DNA of 64,000 nucleotides, from positions 179,986,001 to 180,050,000 of the forward strand of contig NC_091983.1 of the NCBI RefSeq assembly GCF_044704955.1, read 5' to 3'. The translations under genes and the position numbers were made by a program. The notes beneath the pieces were generated by a model. That model was not told the DNA's origin. It did not search any database and saw only the letters and a program-made list of their open reading frames with translations. Origin of the DNA: Pristiophorus japonicus. Taxonomy: Eukaryota. This document shows, one piece after another, positions 1 through 12,325 of the stretch (position 1 is its first letter; every line of letters starts with the position of its first letter).

Positions 1-40
1 ACCTGTAATCAGAGTCTCAAAGAATAGGAACAAGTGCATC
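1..40 (-). other. possible splice acceptor of the next ASCC3 exon (exon would start at position 2 and run off the window)
   Basis: Minus strand reads ...ttgttcctattctttgagactctgattacag|GT; pyrimidine-rich tract plus CAG. Only 2 exonic bases are visible. Confidence 0.4.
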
Positions 41-161
41 AAGTATAGACTTATGGAAACAAGGACTTTGTGAGATACTTTTAAGACTTAAAGAAGATTC
101 AACTTAAATAATTCAACCAAAAACATTACAGAAATGAGAAAAAAATTAAACCAAAAATAAC

Positions 162-382
162 CTTTGATGTTGGGTATTTGTTGAAAACGCGAAATATCGC
201 CAGCTCAGCTGCAACCGTCTTTCCAGACCCCGTGGGAGCTCCAAGCAGTACATTACAGTCAGTGTGATAGAGGGTATGAAATATCTGAGTCTGGATTGGG
301 TTGAAGTGGGTGAACTTGTACAGTGCTTCATACTCCCGATTTCCCAGAGCATTGATGGGCAACGGCTGCAGGTCAAGCAATT
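162..382 (-). CDS. ASCC3: ASCC3 internal coding exon (221 bp, phase 1-0), start of the second helicase cassette
   Basis: (E)[73 protein letters not shown], with Q-motif FNPIQ and Walker [10 protein letters not shown]; acceptor TTCGCAG ending 383, donor GTTATT from 161. Confidence 0.96.
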
Positions 383-699
383 CTGCGAAGTACAGAAAAC
401 TCAAACATGTAATACGTGTGAGCACACACACAACTAGCAGAGGTGCAAACAAGCATGCTAACAAACTGAATAGCCTCTTTGGATACAAGAGCAAATGACA
501 AGATTTTAACTGCGATGTACTTTATCGAAGAGAGACAAATTAAAAAGGGTATTATCCAAATTAGACAGTATCTTTTCCTCCTTACTTTGGAGAGAGACAA
601 CACAAAATCCAACAAATTCTTTCATTGAGGTAAAATACAAAATGTGTTTTCAATTAAATTATTTGTGCATCATCATCATCACAAGAATGAAAACCCTGC

Positions 700-1135
700 A
701 TTAATAAAATGCTTTCAAGTTTTCAGCATGTCGCAAAACCTTTTACAGCTAATTAGTTACATTTGAAGTGTAGTCAATTCTGTTTGATGGGCAAATGCAG
801 AGGCCAATTTGCGCACAACAAGGTGCCACAAACAGCAAATAAATGACCAGATATCCTTCAACTAATGTCACAAAAAAAAATTATCTGGTCATTTACTTGA
901 CCAGGACACTGGGAGAACCTATCCCCCTGCTTTTCTTCGAATAACACCGTAGAATTTTTACATCAAACTGAGCGGGTAGAAGGGGCTTCAGTTTAACAAA
1001 AGACGGCACCTGCAACAGTGCGCCCTCCCTCAGTACTGCACTCAAATGTCAGCTTCGGTCATGTGCTCAAGTCCTGCAGTGGGGCTTGAACCACAACCTT
1101 CTGATTCAGAGGCGATAGTGCCATCACTGAGCCTG
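700..1135 (-). mobile_element. tRNA-derived SINE of the DeuSINE type (SacSINE1/AmnSINE1-like)
   Basis: Minus-strand head GGCTCAGTGATGGCACTATCGCCTCTGAATCAGAAGGTTGTGGTTCAAGCCCC (A/B-box-like), Deu-domain-like core (GTGCAGTACTGAGGGAG...TTAAACTGAAGCCCC) and L2-like tail; family name from recall. Confidence 0.7.
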
Positions 1136-1149
1136 ACACTGAACCTGGA

Positions 1150-1410
1150 TTAAAAGTGCCAGTAGCCTACTCTGCCACAGGGAGCATCACAACCCAGTTT
1201 GATCCAATGTCTACACATCTGTACTCCCAGCTGGAGTCACTGGAAAGCGATCAGGAATTAGAAATCTGGCTAATTTTCATTTCCCTACTTGAGGGTTTCT
1301 GAGGCTAGTCATAAGGCCTCTATCGCCATCTTAACAGACCAGCAAACAGCACATACTAGATCGAACCGGGGGCCTTCTTTGTGCGGTCCAACTATGCACT
1401 GAAATATTAC
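1150..1410 (-). mobile_element. degenerate tRNA-SINE-like repeat
   Basis: B-box-like GGTTCGATC on the minus strand near 1360-1368; body resembles a shark SINE as recalled; a similar head fragment lies near 29060-29115 (+). Confidence 0.4.
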
Positions 1411-1495
1411 TGACCCACTTAGAGTGGTGAGCGCTATTAATAATTACCTTCAGTTTATCACTAATATATGAATAGATGTTTCATAGCTACATTAC

Positions 1496-1664
1496 CAGTG
1501 TGCGGGGGATGCCTCTCTGGCAAAATCAGATGCTGAAAGTTAATTATGCACACGGCCTCAGCTCCCAGCCACCGATCAGATACAGCCCGGATGTAGTACT
1601 GAGAGGGCAATGGCTCAAAAATAGGAATGGTAAATACCAGCAGCTGCGGCTCTTTGGACAAAAC
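1496..1664 (-). CDS. ASCC3: ASCC3 internal coding exon (169 bp, phase 0-1), end of Sec63 domain
   Basis: VLSKEPQLLVFTIPIFEPLPSQYYIRAVSDRWLGAEAVCIINFQHLILPERHPPHT(E); acceptor TGTAG ending 1665, donor GTAAT from 1495. Confidence 0.96.
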
Positions 1665-1789
1665 CTACAATCAACATGAAAGAAAACAGAGGATTGATGG
1701 ACTTTTTTCTCCCCCAAAATGCCTTTTAATTTATAATTGGCCATTTTACAACTTTGCAATACCAAACTAAAACAAGTACAATCCAAAAT

Positions 1790-1886
1790 AAAAACAGAAA
1801 TTGCTGGAAATATTCAGGTGGTCAGGAAGCATCTGTGGGGTGAGAAACAGAGTTGACGTTTCAAGTCGATGATCTTTCGTCAGAGT
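1790..1886 (-). mobile_element. 97-bp Penelope-like terminal fragment with a degenerate minimal hammerhead motif (1851-1886)
   Basis: 10-bp direct repeat AATCCAAAAT at 1780-1789 and 1887-1896; minus strand CTGACGA-A-AGATC-ATC-GACTT-GAAA-CG-TC-AACT; homologous to 62298-62475. Confidence 0.7.
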
Positions 1887-2471
1887 AATCCAAAATTCCC
1901 CACATGCATAGTTTGCACCTATTCTCCTCCAGAATAAAGTCATTCTATTAACCCAACACTGGAGCAGACAACTCAAGCTTGCTCGAATGGAGTACTCCCA
2001 CAGTATAGATACTGTGGCTTAGAAATTCTCATATGTCGAAAAGCTGCTGGTGCCACCACAGGCTGAAGTTAATGGCCGCCCAAATTCATAGCGCAGGCAG
2101 CACCGGTATTTAAATTAGCGCAGCGCTAAACATATCGCGCAGTCCTCTTTCCAACGCTACTCTCAGCAGGAAGTTCAATGTAGCATGGCCTTAGCGTCCC
2201 TGGCATAAGGTAGTGTAGTTTTAAAGCAAGGCTGTTTTTATAGAAATCAGTGTCGGTCCTTTAAAGGGGAACTGACTTCTAAAATTAAAAAAATCATTTA
2301 ATAGGCAGTTTTTTTTTAGCCCTTATAGCTTAACTGCCTTCTGAAAATAAAAATCAACATTAAAAATATTCCCAAATGGTAGTCTTCAGTTCTTAAAGCT
2401 GAATTACCTTCAGCACTTAAAAAAATGGTAAAAGTAATTCAGCACCAACACAAATGACTCAGCAATCCAAA

Positions 2472-5400
2472 AGCTTAATGACAGATACTGGGAACTCAAC
2501 ACTGCAGAAACTCCAGAGGAGTATAAGAAGTGCAGGGGCGCAATTAAAAAAGATATCAGGAAAGCAAAGAGAGAGCATGAAAGAATGTTGGCAAGTAAAA
2601 TCAGGGAAAATCCAAAGATGTTTAAAAATACATTAAGAGGATAACTAGAAAGAGTGGGGCCTATTAGATACAATAAAGGAAATGTGTGTGTGGAGGCAGA
2701 AGACGTGGGTAGGATTCTTAATAAATACTTTGCATCCATTTTCACAAAATGGATTTTGCAATCAGGGAGGAGGAGTGTGAAATATTAGACAAGATAAAGG
2801 TGGTGAGAGGAAGTATTATGGGGCTTAGCAGCTTTGAATCCACAGGCCCGGATGATTTGTATCCCAGGCTGTTAAGAGAAGCAAAAGAGGAAATAGCAGA
2901 GGTTCTGACCGTCATTTTCCAATCCTCTCTGGCTACAGGTGTGCTGCCAGAAGACTGGAAGGCTGCTAATGTAGTACCTTTCTTTAAAAAGGGAGAAAAG
3001 GATAGACCGAATAATTATAGGTCAGTCAGCCTAACCTTGGTGGTGGGAAAATTATTGGAAAAAATCCTGAAGGACAGCATAAATCTTCATTTGGAAAGAC
3101 AGATTAATCATGGACAGTCAGCATGGATTTGTCAAGGGAAGGTCATGTCTGATTAACTTGATTGAATTTTTCGAGGAGGTAACAAGGAGGGCCGATGAGG
3201 GCAGTGCATATGATGTAGTGTATATGGATTTTAGCAAAGCTTTTGATAAGGTCCCACATGGCAGACTGGTCACGAAAGTAATAGCCCATGGGATCCAGGG
3301 CAAAGTGGCAAATTGAATCCAAAATTGGCTTGGAGGCAGGAAGCAAAGGATAATGGTGACTGGAAGGCTATATTCAGTGGGGTTTCGAAGGGCTCAGTGC
3401 TGGGTCCCTTGCTTTTTGTGGTATATATCAATGACTTGGACTTAAATGTTGGGGGTATGATTAAGAAGTTTGCAGATGACACTAAAAATAGGCTGTGTGA
3501 TTGATAATGAAGAAGAAAGCTGCAGACTGCAGGAATATATCAATGTACTGGTCAGGTGGGCAGGACAGTGGCAAATGGAATTCAATCCGGTTAAGTGCGA
3601 AGTAATGCTTTTGAGGATGTCTAACAAGGCAAGGGAATACACGTTAAATGGTATGACACTGAAAAGTGTAGAGGAACAAAGGGACCTTGGAGTGCAGATC
3701 CACAGATCTCTGAAGCAGGCCAGGTAGATAAGGCAGTTAAGAAGGCATATGGAATACTTGCCTTTATAAGTCGAGGCATGGAATACAAGAGCAAGGAGGT
3801 TATGTTTGAATTGTATAAAACACTGATTAGGCCGCAGCTGGAGTACTGTGCAGTTCTGGTCACCACATTACAGGAAAGATGTAATTGCACTGGAAAGGAT
3901 GCAGAGGAGATTTACAAGAATGTTGCCTGGACTGGAGAATTTTGGCTATGAGGAAAGATTGCAGATGCTGGGTCTGTTTTCTTTGGAACAGAGGAGGCTG
4001 AGGGAAGACCTGATTGAGGTGTATAAAATTATGAGGGGCCAGGATAGTGGATAGGAAGGACCTGGGGGGAGGTTTAGAGGAGATATGAGGGGAAATTTCA
4101 TCACCTAAAGGGGGGTGGGGGGTCTGGAACTCACTGCCTGAAAGGGTGGTAGAGGCAAAAACCCTGACCACATTTAAAAGATACTTGGACGTGCACTTAA
4201 ACATAGAAAATAGGTGTAGGAGTAGGCCATTCGGCCCTTCGAGCCTGCACCACCTTTCAATAAGATCATGGCTGATCATTCCCACAGTACCCCTTTCTTG
4301 CTTTCTCTCCATACCCCTTGATCCCTTTAGCCATAAGGGCCATATCCAACTCCCTCTTGAATACATCCAATGAACTAGCATCAATAACTCTTGCGGCAGG
4401 GAATTCCACAGGTTAACAACTCTGAGTGAAGAAGTTTCTCCTCATCTCAGTCCTAAATGGCCTACCCCTTATCCTAAGGCTGTATCCCCTGGTTCTGGAC
4501 TTCCTCAACATCGGGAACATCCTTCCCGCATCCAACTTGTCCAGTCCCGTCAGAATCTTACATGTTTCTATGAGATCCCCTCTCATCCTTCTAAACTCCA
4601 ATGTATAAAGGCCCAGTTGATCCAGTCTCTCCTCATATGTCAGTCCAGCCATCCCGGGAATCAGTCTGGTGAACCTTCGCTGCACTCCCTCAATAGCAAG
4701 AATGTCCTTCCTCAGATTAGGAGACCAAAACTGTACACAATATTCCAGGCGTGGCCTCACCAAGGCCCTGTAAAACTGCAGTAAGCCCTCCCTGCTCCTA
4801 TACTCAAATCCCCTAGCTGTGAAGGCCAACATACCATTTGCCTTCTTCACCGCCTGCTGTACCTGCATGCCAACTTTCAATGACTGATGAACCATGACAC
4901 CCAGGTCTCGTTGCACCTCCCCCTTTCCTAATCTGCCACCATTCAGATAATATTCTGCCTTTATGTTTTTGCCCGCAAAGTGGATAACCTCACATTTATC
5001 CACATTATACTGCATCTGCCATGCATTCGCCCACTCACCTAACCTGCCCAAGTCACCCTGCAGCGTCTTAGCGTCCCCCTCACAGCTCACACCGTCATCC
5101 AGTTTAGTGACATCTGCAAACTTGGAGATATTACACTCAATTCCTAAATCTAAATCATTAATGTATATTGTAAAGAGCTGGGGTCCCAGTACTGAGCCCT
5201 GAGGCACTCCACTAGTCACTGTCTGCCATTCTGAAAAGGACCCGTTTATCCTGACTCTCTGCTTCCTGTCTGCCAACCAGTTCTCTATCCACGTCAGTAC
5301 ATTACCAGCAATAACATTTGCTTTGATTTTGCACACCAATCTCTTGTGTGGGACCTTGTCAAAAGCCTTTTAAAAGTCCAAATACACCACATCCACTGGT

Positions 5401-5933
5401 TCTCCATTGTCTACTCTACTAGTTACATCCTCAAAAAATCCCAGAAGATTTGTCAAGCATGATTTCCCTTTCATAAATCCATGCTGATTTGGACCGATCC
5501 TGTCACCGCTTTCCAAATGCGCTGCTATTTCATCCTTAATAATTGATTCCAACATTTTCCCCACTACTGATGTCAGGCTCACTGGTCTATAATTACCCGT
5601 TTTCTCTCTCCCTCCCTTTTTAAAAAGTGGTGTTACATTAGCTACCCTCCAGTCCATAGGAACTGATCCAGAGTCGATAGACTGTTGGAAAATGATCACC
5701 AATGCATCCATTATTTCTACGGTCACTTCCTTAAGTACTCTGGGATGCAGATTATCAGGCCCCAGGGATTTATCGGCCTTCAATCCTATCAATTTCCCTA
5801 ACACAATTTCCCGCCTAATAAGGTGCCAAGAGCTGGAAAGTGGGATTCGGCTGGATAGCTTTTGGTCGGCTGGCACGGACACGATGTGCCGAAATGGCTT
5901 CCTTTCGTGCTGTAAATTTCTATGATTCTCTGA
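2472..5933 (+). mobile_element. 5'-truncated CR1 LINE (RT pseudogene), interrupted by 4201-5822
   Basis: RT motifs in broken ORFs (GPDDLYPRLL, YMDFSKAFDKVPH, KFADDTK); 3' UTR resumes after 5822 and ends in TTTCTATGATTC; candidate TSD AATCCAAA at 2464-2471 and 5934-5941. Confidence 0.9.
4201..5822 (-). mobile_element. 5'-truncated young CR1 LINE nested in the 3' end of the previous CR1
   Basis: ORFs 5370-5882 and 4413-5339 encode CR1 RT ([21 protein letters not shown]); TTTCTATG-type tail at about 4201. Confidence 0.92.
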
Positions 5934-6835
5934 AATCCAAACTTACCTGAAAGATGTGTGTGTCCCTTTAAGAAGCGCTGACAATGTCTCTGGAGGTCTG
6001 CTGCATGCACACTTTTCTCAGCGTGCTTAGGACCCAGCGTTAAAGTAAGCGAAAAAGTCGAAGTCTACAGATGCGGTGTCAAGTTGCCAACTGCCATCAC
6101 ACTCTGCTGATTTGCATTTCTAGGGCCAGCACTACTAACGGCAGCTACGGCCCTCAGCAAAATGACGGCGGCCAAGTCCAGCACCAAAAGCGGCTGGAAG
6201 TTAGATGGCTGCCATTTTGTTCCAGAAACAGGCCTTAACGGAGAGCGGCAAGTCTATGAAGTTCTAAGCCTGTAAGCTGAACTGTTATTTGCCTTATTAG
6301 CACAATTTTTGCCTTTAGATCACCCTCTGACATACCTTGTTAGAAGCATTTTTACTTAAGAAAACTTTTATTAAAATTTTAGAATTAGACAGGAAAAGTC
6401 AGAGTTGCTCTGACATCAAGGCTGAGAAACAGAACGTAAATCCACAAGATTAATTATTCAGCATTACCTGTTTCCAGGAAAGATCTAAAGGGCTAATTAA
6501 CTCTCAATTAATATTGCCGTAGACGTGCATATTGCAGACGACAGTAGACATAAATGAACATATAAGATTGACCTTACACATTCATATTTGTCATGATCAC
6601 TAGCTTTAAGACTTATCATATGCATTGTCTCTACAGTGAAAACAAAACAACTTTCCATTGTCTCCCTAATATGGTTAAAAAAAATAGGTTTCCTGCCAAT
6701 ATATTTTAGGAAAAATACTGCAGTGGCTTCAGCAGTACATCAACTCCATCTCACTGTGGTAGCAACCACAGACCACAAACGTGGTAGCAGTGGAGAAAAT
6801 GTCATGATTGTGTTAGCTGTGTGGTTACATCTCAC

Positions 6836-6934
6836 CTGTTTCTTTTGGAGGAGGAAGTATTCTGAATGATATATGTGGTCATTCACAGGATCTTCCACCC
6901 AAATCCACCAAGGTTCACCTACAGATCCGTGAGT
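6836..6934 (-). CDS. ASCC3: ASCC3 internal coding exon (99 bp, phase 0-0), absent from the ORF track
   Basis: Hand translation THGSVGEPWWIWVEDPVNDHIYHSEYFLLQKKQ; acceptor CCCACAG ending 6935, donor GTGAGA from 6835. Confidence 0.95.
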
Positions 6935-7550
6935 CTGTGGGAATAAATGCTACCAATTAACTCCGGTACTGCAAACCTATTCAAAGCAGTTTTAAGAAAA
7001 TGACACCATGTTATAGAGTCATAGAATAAAATAGTACAGGAGGAGGTCATTCAGCCCATCGAGTCGGCCCCAGCTCTTTCAAAGAGCAATTTAGTTCGTC
7101 CCATTTCCTTGGTTTTTCCCCAAATACCTGCAGTTTTTCTCTTTCATGCATTTATCCAATTCCCTTTTGAAAGCTACTATTGAATCTGTTGCCACTATCT
7201 TAGCAGACAGTGCAATCCAAATCCTAACCACTTATTGGGTAAAAAAAGTTATTTCTCATGGTGCCTCTGGTTCTTTTGCCAATCACCTTAAATCTGTGCC
7301 CTCTGGTTATCGACCCTTCAGTCATTGTAAACAGACTCTCTTTAGTTATGCTATCTAAACCCTTCATGATTTCAAACCTCTTACAAAATCTCTCTTAGCT
7401 TTCTCTGTTCTAAGAACTACCCCAGCTTCTCCATTCTATCCACGTAACTGTAATACCTCATCCCTGGAACCATTCTAGTAAATCTCATCTGTACCCTCTC
7501 CAAAGCCTTTACGTCCTTCCTCAGGTGTGGTGCCCAGAATTGGACACAAG

Positions 7551-9990
7551 TATATCAAAAAGAAGCGAGTAACTAAAGTAAATGTTGCTCCCTTCGAGGA
7601 TGAGACTGAGGAATGAATAATGGGACACCGAGAAATGGCAGAGACTTTGAACAAATATTTTATATCGCTCTTCACAGTACAAGACACTAAAATTATCCCA
7701 ATAATTGATAATCAAGGGCTACTGGGGGGAGGGGGGGGGGGGGGTCTTAAAACAATCACTAGAGAAAAAGTATTAGGCAAACTAATGGGACTAAAGGTGG
7801 ACAAGTCCCCTGAACTGGATGGTCTACACCCTAGGGTCTTAAAAGAGGTGGCTGCAGAGATAGTGGATGCATTGGTTGCAATCTACCAAAATTCCCTGGA
7901 TTTTGGAGAGGTCCCAGCCGACTGGAAAACCTATTTAAGAAAGCAGGGAGACAGAAAGCAGGAAACTATAGACCAGTTAGCCTAACATCTGTCATTGGGA
8001 AAATGCTGTAGTCCATCATTAAGGAAGTAGTAACAGGATATTTAGAAAATCATAATGCAATCAAGCAGAGTCAGCATGGTTTTGTGAAAGGGAAATCATG
8101 TTTGACAAATTTGCTCAAGTTCTTTGAGGATTTAACCAACAGGGTGGATAAAGGGGAACCAGTAGATGTCATATATTTGGATTTCCAGAAAGCATTCGAT
8201 AAGGTGCCACATAAAAGGTTACTGCATAAGATAAGAGCTCACGGGGTTGGGGGTAATATACTAGCATGGATAGAGGATTGGCTAACTAACAGAAAGCAGA
8301 GAGTTGGGGTAAATGGGCCATTTTCAGGTTGGCAAACTGTAACTAGTGGGGTGCTACAGGGATCAGTGCCTAGCCTACAATTTATATTAATGACTTGGAT
8401 GAAGGGACTGAGTATATGTAGCCAAATTTGCTGATGATACAAAGATAGGTGGGAAAGCAAGTTGTGAGGAGGACGCAAAGAATCTAGAAAGGGATATAGA
8501 TAGACTAAGTGAATGGGTAAAATTTGGCAGATGGAATATAATGTGGGGAAAATATGAGGTTATTCACTTTGGTAAGAAAAATAAAAAAGATAATTATTGT
8601 TTAAATGGGGAGAGATTACAAAATGTGGTGGTAGAGAGGGATCTAGGAGTCCTTGTGCATGAAACACAAAAAGTTAGCATGCAGGTTATTAGGAAGGCAA
8701 ATGGAATGCTGACCTTTATTGCAAGGGGGATGGAGTATAAAAGTAGGGAAATCCTGCTACAACTATACAGGGCGTTGGTAAGACCACATCTGGAGTACTG
8801 CATACAGCTTTGGTCTCCTTATTTAAGGAGGGATATACTTGCATTGGAGGTAGTTCAGAGAAGGTTCACGAAGTTAATTCATGAAATGAAGTGGTTGTCG
8901 TATGAAGAAAGGTTGAGCAAGTGATCAGGAAGGCCAATGGTATCTTGGCCTTTATTGCAAAGGTGATGGAGTATAAAAGCAGGGAAGTCTTGCTACAGCT
9001 ATATAAGGTATTGATGAGGCCACACCTGGAATACTGCATGCAGTTTTTGGTTTTCATATTTATGAAAGAATATACTTGCTTTGGAGGAAGTTCACTCGGT
9101 TGATTCCGGGGATGAGAGTGTTGACTTATGAGGAAAGGTTGAGTAGGTTGGGCCTCTACTCATTGGGAATTCAGAAGAATGAGGGGTGATCTTATTGAAA
9201 CGTATAAGATTATGAGGGGACTTGACAAGGTGGATGCAGAGAGGATGTTTCCACTTATGGGGGAGACCAGAACTAGAGACTAGAACTAAGGAGCCGCCCA
9301 TTTAAAACAGAGATGAGGAGAAATTTCTTCTCTCAGAGGGTTGTAAATCTGTGGAATTCGCTGCCTCAGAGAGCTGTGGAAACTGGGACATTGAATAAAT
9401 TTAAGACAGAAATGGACAGTTTCTTAACCGATAAGGGGATAAGGGGTTCGGGGAAGCGGGCAGGGAAGTGGAGCTGAGTTCATGATCAGATCAGCCATGA
9501 TCTTATTGAATGGCGGAGCAGGCTCGAGGGGCTGTATGGCCTATTTCTGTTCCTATTTCTTATGTTCTTATGTTGGGCCTATACCCATTGGAGTTTAGAA
9601 GACCGAGAGGTGATCTTATTGAAACGTATAAGATTCTGAGGGGGCTTGACAAGGTAGATGCGGAGAGGCTGTTTCCCATCGTGGGGGAATCTAGAACTAG
9701 GGGGCATAGTTTCAGAATAAGGGGTCGCCCATTTAAAATGGAAATGAGGAGGAATTTCTTCTCTCAGAGGTTCGTGAATCTTTGGAATTCTCTACCTCAG
9801 AGAGCTGTGGAGGCTGGGTCATTGAATTTAGTTAAAGTAGAGATAGACAGATTTTTGAAAGATAAGAGAGTCAAGGATTATGGAGAGCGGGCAGGGAAGT
9901 GAAGTTGAGGCCAGGATCAGATCAGCCATGATTTTATTGAATGGCGGAGCAGGCTCGCGGGGCCAAATGGCTCCTATTTCTTATGTTCTT
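7551..9990 (+). mobile_element. 5'-truncated CR1 LINE containing a nested same-strand CR1
   Basis: RT ORF fragments 7620-7985, 8084-8434, 8541-8924, 9570-9902; TTATGTTC tail at about 9980-9990. Confidence 0.9.
8921..9571 (+). mobile_element. CR1 3' fragment inserted in the CR1 at 7551-9990
   Basis: Host reads GAAAGGTTGAGCAA|...|GTTGGGCCT across the insert; the insert restarts at an earlier RT position (QVIRKANG) and ends in its own (TTATGTTC)n tail. Confidence 0.85.
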
Positions 9991-11879
9991 ATACCCTAGC
10001 TAGTGTTTTATTCAGTTTTACTATAACTTCCTGGCTATTGTACTCTATGCCTCGATTTATAAAGCCCAGGATCCCATATGCTTTATTAACTGCTTGTTAA
10101 CCTATCCTGCCACCTACAAAGATTTGTGTGCAAACTCCGTCCCCCCTGCTATCCCAGGTCTCTCTTTTCTTGCACCACTTTAAAATTGTCCCATTTAGCT
10201 TGTATTGTCTCTCCTCATTCTTCCTACTAAAGTGTAACATCTGACACTTTTCTGCATTGAATTTCATTTGCCATGTATCCACCCATTTCCCCAGCTTGCC
10301 TACGCCCTCTTGAAGTCTAGTGCTATCATCCTAATTGTTTACCACACTTCCTAATTTCAAAATTGTGCCTGTACCCCCAAGTCCAAGTCATTAATGTATA
10401 TCATAAACAGCTGTGGTCTTTGTACTGAACCCTGGGGAACGCCACTGTATACCTCCCTCCAGTCCAAAAAACAGCCATTTACCAGAACTTAGACAATTTT
10501 GTATCTATGCTGCTACTGTCTTTTTTATCCCATGGGCTTCAATTTTGTAATGTGGTGCTTTATCAAACGCCTTTTGAAAATGCATATACACAACATCAAC
10601 TGCACTGCCCTCATCCATCCTCGGTTACCTCATCAAGAAACTCAATCAGGTTAGTCAAACACAATTTGCCCTTAACAAATCCGTGCTTGCTCTCCTTTAT
10701 TAGTCCATGCTTGTCCAAGTAGCTGTTAATTTTCTCCTGGATTATTGTTTCTAAATGCTTCCCCACCACTGATGTTAAACTGGCTGGCCTGTAATTGTCC
10801 TTTTTCTGTTATCTGAGTATGTCTCAACAGCATAAAAAGGTGGTACAGAAGTGTAATACACTTTGCAAAGAGGTTTAAGAGATATGATTTTGAAAGTTAT
10901 CTGAACCTGAAGGTAATGTTGTAATGGTCAGGGGAGAGAATCTAATGAGATGGTGATAAGTGAAAGCAGTCAGTTGCAGTCTGAACACGCCACATACTGG
11001 TTGTCACTGTGCAGTGATGCTTTTACTCAGATTTTATGGAATTCAATGAAAGTATTGCATAATTAAATGCTGCAACTTGGTTTAAAAAACATTGCATTGT
11101 AATAATTAGCTTGCAGTGGATTAAAAGGAAGTAACACACAGACGATTCAGATGACAAGATAAATGACAGGGAATTAACATCTGCTTAGAAAATAGTGCTA
11201 ATTTGGGTGATGGTTCAGAAAACAATCCAGAAAATGCCTTTGATTGTTAGGTGGCTATATAAGCATCGACTATTCTGCTGCTGAAATGGGTCTGTCAAAC
11301 ACTTCCATCACATAAATGAGTGAACCCTAGAGCTCTAGAACTCTGTTGAACTTTTACCATTTCTGCTTGGCTGAACAGTAAAAGCAGAAAGATGTATTTT
11401 AGACACAATTAAATAGACTTCCATCCAGTAAAAAAAGAGAAATAGTGGAAAGACATGAACATTGATGCATTTTAATATTTGTTTGTAGGGAGCCACCTTT
11501 GCAGAACAAAACTGATTCTCTATTCATACTGAACATGATCTCAAGACCACGGACCCAACTCTGAAGCCCTTTGATGAACTTGTATAGCAGAAGGTGGTCT
11601 TTGACTTTTGGCATTGGCTGACATGCATTTAAACTGTATTCCAGCAGTGTTCTCACCTTATGGACAGTACAGGGTTTTATTGGCAATGTCAATGTATTGA
11701 AATGTCATTGTTGAAATAGAGTGTCTCTTTCTCCCCTCTAATTCTCAGTCTTACTCTCTGTTTTCCATTCTTTGTCCCTTTCCTTTTCACTCCATGACTC
11801 TCACACTCTCATTGACATTGTATCTCCCTTTGTCCAATTCCCCGCACTTCAAACAATTTGCATTCAGAATCTGTTTTCA

Positions 11880-12325
11880 ATATAGAAAGATGGCCAAGGT
11901 GCTTCAGAGGTGTAATAAAAAAAGGATGCCAAATGAGACACTCGTTAAAGGTGACCAAAAGGTTGGTTTCAAGGAGGGTCCGAAAAGTGGAGTGGCCAAA
12001 GGATTTAGGAAAGTAATTCCAGAGCATGAAGCCGAGTTGGCTGAAGGCATGGCTGCTAATGATGAAGGAAAGGAGGCCATAGTCAGAGGAATGGAGCATT
12101 TAATGGAGGACATAAGCTTGGAAGATTTTTTAGAAATAGGAAAGGTGAGGCCAGGAATGAATTTGAACACAAAGATAAGAATTTTAAATTTGAGGTGTTG
12201 GGGTACTGGACCAATGTCGGTCAGCGAGGGACAGGGGTAATGGGTGAGTGGGACAGGATACGAGCAGCAGTGTTTTGATCAGCTGAAGCTTACTACAGGT
12301 GAGAGATTGGAGACTGGCCAGAAGA
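11880..12325 (-). mobile_element. L2-type LINE 3' remnant
   Basis: Purine-rich plus strand resembling the reverse complement of an L2 3' region; similar in style to 13300-14230. Confidence 0.5.

Larger units (their letters stand above)
2016..6270. mobile_element. Harbinger-type MITE (about 0.8 kb of its own sequence) carrying nested CR1 LINEs
   Basis: TIRs GGCTTAGAAATTC (2016-2028) and GAAGTTCTAAGCC (6258-6270); TSD TGT at 2013-2015 and 6271-6273; GC-rich subtermini and AT-rich core. Confidence 0.75.
7013..10800 (-). mobile_element. older CR1 LINE (7013-7550 and 9993-10800), split by a plus-strand CR1
   Basis: 3' tail (CTATGACTCTAT) at about 7013; RT remnant MDTWQMKFNAEKC (10097-10282); sequence is collinear across the inserted block. 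Confidence 0.75.

Noticed and set aside
126-494. ORF-track proteins overlapping ASCC3 exons treated as whole genes (also 1461-1661, 27339-27554, 33578-33964, 60856-61188)
   Set aside because: Similarity starts and stops at AG/GT splice sites; the extensions are intron read-through.
1075-1135. tRNA gene
   Set aside because: Only A/B-box-like remnants continuous with a SINE body; no complete cloverleaf.
7013-9990. Twin-priming 5' inversion of a single LINE
   Set aside because: The minus-strand element resumes collinearly after 9993 and both parts have their own 3' tails, so this is a nested insertion.
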